A DNA stretch of 64,000 nt. Origin: Eledone cirrhosa. Lineage: Eukaryota. The translations under genes and the position numbers were made by a program. Positions 60,052 to 64,000 of this stretch are shown here, one piece after another (position 1 is the stretch's first letter; each line of letters begins with the position of its first letter). The stretch spans positions 47,926,001-47,990,000 of the forward strand of contig OZ024742.1 of assembly GCA_964016885.1 (NCBI GenBank). The letters run 5' to 3'. The notes beneath the pieces are model-generated. The model saw only the letters and a list, made by a program, of their open reading frames with translations. It was not told the origin of the DNA and ran no database searches.

Positions 60052-61679
60052 TATAGATAGATTGCTTGATCTTATCAGTCAATAATTTGAATGTTAATAA
60101 AAATAAAAAATAAAAGATTAGCGATGCGTAGGAAAAGTCATTGAAGAATTACTTCATAAAGTCTATTGAAAGAAACAAGGAGACTTCTACTTTGACATTT
60201 GTGTTATGTTTTGGTCAAATTCAATTTCCCCCTATAAGTATCGTACCAGTCTGACAGTAGCAATCTGTCACTTTTAAAGAATATTTAAAGAATAATAAGC
60301 AACTTTACTAAAATTCAGAATTTTCTATTAGCACTAAAATGATTTATAGAATTTTCTGCCAGGAGAGCAGAGAATTGTAATATATGTGTCTACGTTTAAT
60401 TTATTCCTGTTCTGTCGATAACATACATTTGGCACACATATTTGGATTGATTGATTTTTTGACAGTTGTCACATCTTTACTCGAATATTACTTGTATATT
60501 CTGAGAGACACATCATTTACTTTACTCTAGGTGACATGGCTGAAATTGGGGATGTTTTCTGACGTTTTCCAAGAGTTTCTAAGTGTTTCCAAGAGTTTCT
60601 AAATATTCAGCACTGAAATGATAATTTCTAAATTGATAACCATAAACTAGTTTCACAATTTCTATGTTTCTATGTTTATACAGAAATAGATTTTAATCAT
60701 TTTTTTTGTGTGAGCGTCAACGAAATGGGGTGTAGTCAGTACCTCATTAAGGCTAGAGCAAAAAGAAATTAAATAATGGAGGCCGAAAAATAATTCAAAT
60801 CATGGGGTTTCCATATTTGCAGTTACATATAACATGTGGGTTAGTCGAATTAGTATAGAACTGGACTACTTACACTATGTATCATTTTAACATATGCAAA
60901 ATATACAATAAGATTGACATTTATGTTTATCATACACCTGCGATGATTTGAGTAGCTGTCATTTCCCTGGTTAAGTTTCTTAATTACGCCCTTCGCATAA
61001 GAATATGAGATATTTAGATCGTCCTAGATACAGCATCACTGATTTTGATTGAAATTAATCATAGCTAGTAATGTAGTTTACTTACAAGAAAAACATGTTA
61101 AGAATCTATTTCTACATAGACATAGACATATAGAAATTATGAAACTATTTTTCATTATCAATTTAGGAGTTATCGTTTCAGTGCTGAATCTTTGGAAACT
61201 CGTGGAAACAACTAGAAATTCTTCGAAAATACCACGAAATATCCCCAGCCTTCATAAAATCAAAAACACGGCTATAACTGATTTCCTATTAACATGTTTA
61301 TATTGATGTTGATGTTCTGTATATTTAGCTCCAAATGACCGCCTAGAGAGAATCCCATCTGTGACGCGGTATTTTTTGTTTAGTTTCATATATATATTGT
61401 ATGGCTAGTATTTCTAGTACAGCGTCTAATACTACAGATGGTGATTGTTGAATAGATGATTCCATGGCGTTTAAATAAACTAGGTCTTTTAGAAGTTAGT
61501 TGGTCACTGAATTGTAAAACAGACTACACGTTTATTTTCCATATATTTACAAGAGTAAAACTACTTTATCTCACAAACGTTAAAACATTCAAGAACAAGA
61601 TAAATAAGGATAGCATCTAAAATCTGAGTTATGTTTATAATATTTTATTTGCAAAATATAAGCCGCATATTTTTTAATG

Positions 61680-61960
61680 GTGCTGTGACTACTGGATCAC
61701 TATTGGTCGTAAGACTGATGTGGTGTGTGTGGTAACTACTAGAGTTGTGAATACTATTGGTAGTAAGTCTGGTGTGTTATGTTATTGTAACTATTGGAGA
61801 ATTATTGGTAATAAGACATATATATGATGTGATGGCTACTAGAGAACAGTTGGTATGAATACTAATGAGGTGTGATGTCATGAGTACTAGAGAACAATTA
61901 TTTGCGAGACAGATACGGTGTTGGAGTTATTAGTGAATAATTGATTGTAAGACCCATATG
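61680..61960. repeat. Degenerate minisatellite, unit about 40-45 bp
   Basis: Recurring actact(a/g)gag..tattggt..taagac..tgtg. Confidence 0.55.
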
Positions 61961-62289
61961 GTTTTGGGTATACTCAACATTTATGGGGAGTAAAGCTGGT
62001 GTTTAATTTGTTATCACACAACTGAAATGTGTGAATTTATTTTTGTGTTTTATTGCATGTGCCTGAGAAATAAACGGACTGTCCAGTATAATGCCATATA
62101 ATAACGAATGTCTGCTTATAGAATATATATAATTCTGATATATTTTGAAGAGCGTCAGTAATGTACCTATGTTGACAATTACGACCAGATCAATATCTCG
62201 TCAGCTTATCTGTGGCCCTTTCGTTGAGGTTAGACTGAGTAGAATATAAAGTTGCTTATTCATCTTTTGACGCTAAACACCGTCAGTTG

Positions 62290-62790
62290 CAGACTGCGCA
62301 TTGTCATGTGAGATCTCTCTCCACAAAGTTCGATCACCAGCAGCAGTTGTTCAAAGAGCAAAGATCATGTCCAGTCCATAAGTTGACATTGCCAAGCCAT
62401 CTTTTGGCTGGCGGCTTCTCATTCTCTTACCAGCTAAACTTCCTTTCAGGCAGAACCTACTCATGCCATGAGTTGATCGTTTTTATATGACCGTATAGTT
62501 TGAGTACTCTTAACTTGACAGTTGATGTAATTGGTCTAAGGTCGGTAATGTTGAGCAGCTCACTGATACGACAGATACGGTCCCTGAGCCACTTGCCAGT
62601 CATAAGTTTCATGATCTGAAATGTAGAGATATTCTGAAGTGACTTTCTCGTCCAATTAACACACTCAAGACCATATAACACAACTGGTAGGATGTAAGTA
62701 TCAAAGATCTTATCCTTCAAATGATAGAAAACTTGGTTTGATGTTCTTGTCCTTGTTGAAAGTGGCCCAACCTAGAGCGATTCGACATTG
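62290..62790 (-). mobile_element. RTE-type LINE 3' fragment
   Basis: RIALGWATF..KIFDTYILPVVLYGLEC..LKLYGHI. Confidence 0.8.
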
Positions 62791-62922
62791 CTTATTCTTA
62801 AAGACTATGAAATATATGCGTATAAATAGTAGCTGTGCATATTGCATTACACCTCCTGACACGTATATTACTAATCTAATATGTTTTACACATTTAGTCG
62901 CGCTCACACACACAGACAGACA

Positions 62923-63017
<95 letters not shown>

Positions 63018-63597
63018 GCGCGCGCTGTATGTATATGTTATATATATATATTAGAAAATGAGGTTTTTTTACAAAAAGAAAAAAAAAACGAGATGTTATA
63101 CACGAGTGAAAGTATAGGGAAAAAAGATGAAATCGAAAATGCAACTGGAGTCTTTTTAAAAATATTTATTTGGTTCCTTTACCGGTTTCGCAGTTCTTGT
63201 GCTTTTCAAAAGTAGAATTAAGATGGAGGGTTTGTGGTTTTTCTCGCATCGTTTATGAATTTATTTTGCAAGATTTCTTATCTGAAAACGTTTGTTGAAA
63301 CAGATATTGTTATACTTTGGAGGGTCATGTTGCTAATACAAACACACAAAAACAATATGTTGTAGGATAGAACAAAGGAAAGACACACACAAAAATAAAA
63401 ACCTAGTCATTGAGGATGTCATATAATGTGTGACGAAAGAGCTGTTACAATATGTAAACAACCTTCCGGTTATCGAACCAACCAAATATCCGGCCGGAAA
63501 TTTATAATAAATTGAAGTGAAAACCACCAGGTGCGTGTGTTTTTATTGCCAACATGACTCTTCCAAAGTATAACAATATATATATATATATATATAA

Positions 63598-64000
63598 TGA
63601 AGAATTTGAACAGGGACAGAACAGAGAGGCAGTACAATAAATGTTTATTAAATTCACGCTCAGGAGAGTGGGGGGTAGGTGTGGGACGACGTTTCGGGCA
63701 TAAGCCCTTCTTCGGGTGAGAAGTGTGTGGGAACAGAGTTCGAAAGGTGTGTAGGGGAGTGGTGGAGAGACATATAGCGAAAGGAAACGGTGCGAATGAA
63801 AAATTAACAAATAAAGACAAAAAATATAATAAATAAAAATAAAGCATGATCAAAGTACAAGGAATGAGAAAATTTAAAAATAAAGGCATGATCAAAATAA
63901 ACTGAAATTAAAAGGGGGGTAAACAGGTGGTGGAAGGGTGTGGGGTGAGTAGGGGTTGTGGCGGGTGGAGTGGGGAGAGGGAGACGGGGTGTCCGAGCGG
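63598..64000 (-). mobile_element. PLE 3' pseudo-LTR with minimal HHR motif (63688-63715), continues beyond the window
   Basis: Minus strand: CCGAAGA-a-gggc-ttat-gccc-GAAA-CG-TC, followed by aataaa and (TA)n. Confidence 0.65.

Overview
AT-rich, gene-free animal DNA, intronic or intergenic. The SINE types and dense (TA)n arrays fit an octopus/cephalopod genome (inference). I can support no host exon. The window is mostly retroelements nested in (TA)n microsatellites, dominated by Penelope-like elements (PLEs). These are one near-intact Neptune-type RT+GIY-YIG element (13584-15877), a decayed full-length Naiad-type element (53055-55165), several truncated Naiad copies and a divergent PLE RT at the left edge. 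Also present are a Tx1/L1-type LINE, RTE, CR1 and CRE fragments, tRNA-derived SINEs and MITE-like elements. Four signals stand out. (1) Most PLE-related inserts are fold-backs, with an inverted copy of the 3' pseudo-LTR at the 5' end. (2) Their repeats carry type I hammerhead-ribozyme (HHR) motifs, many with the compensatory U3-A8 core and some with an 80-110 nt stem II. (3) Two non-coding families form tandem arrays ending in an inversion, resembling retrozymes (557-bp and ~435-bp units). (4) One Naiad copy has in-frame TGA at both cysteines of its CPLxGxC motif, as in selenoprotein-encoding Naiads. All alignments were made by eye and boundaries are approximate.
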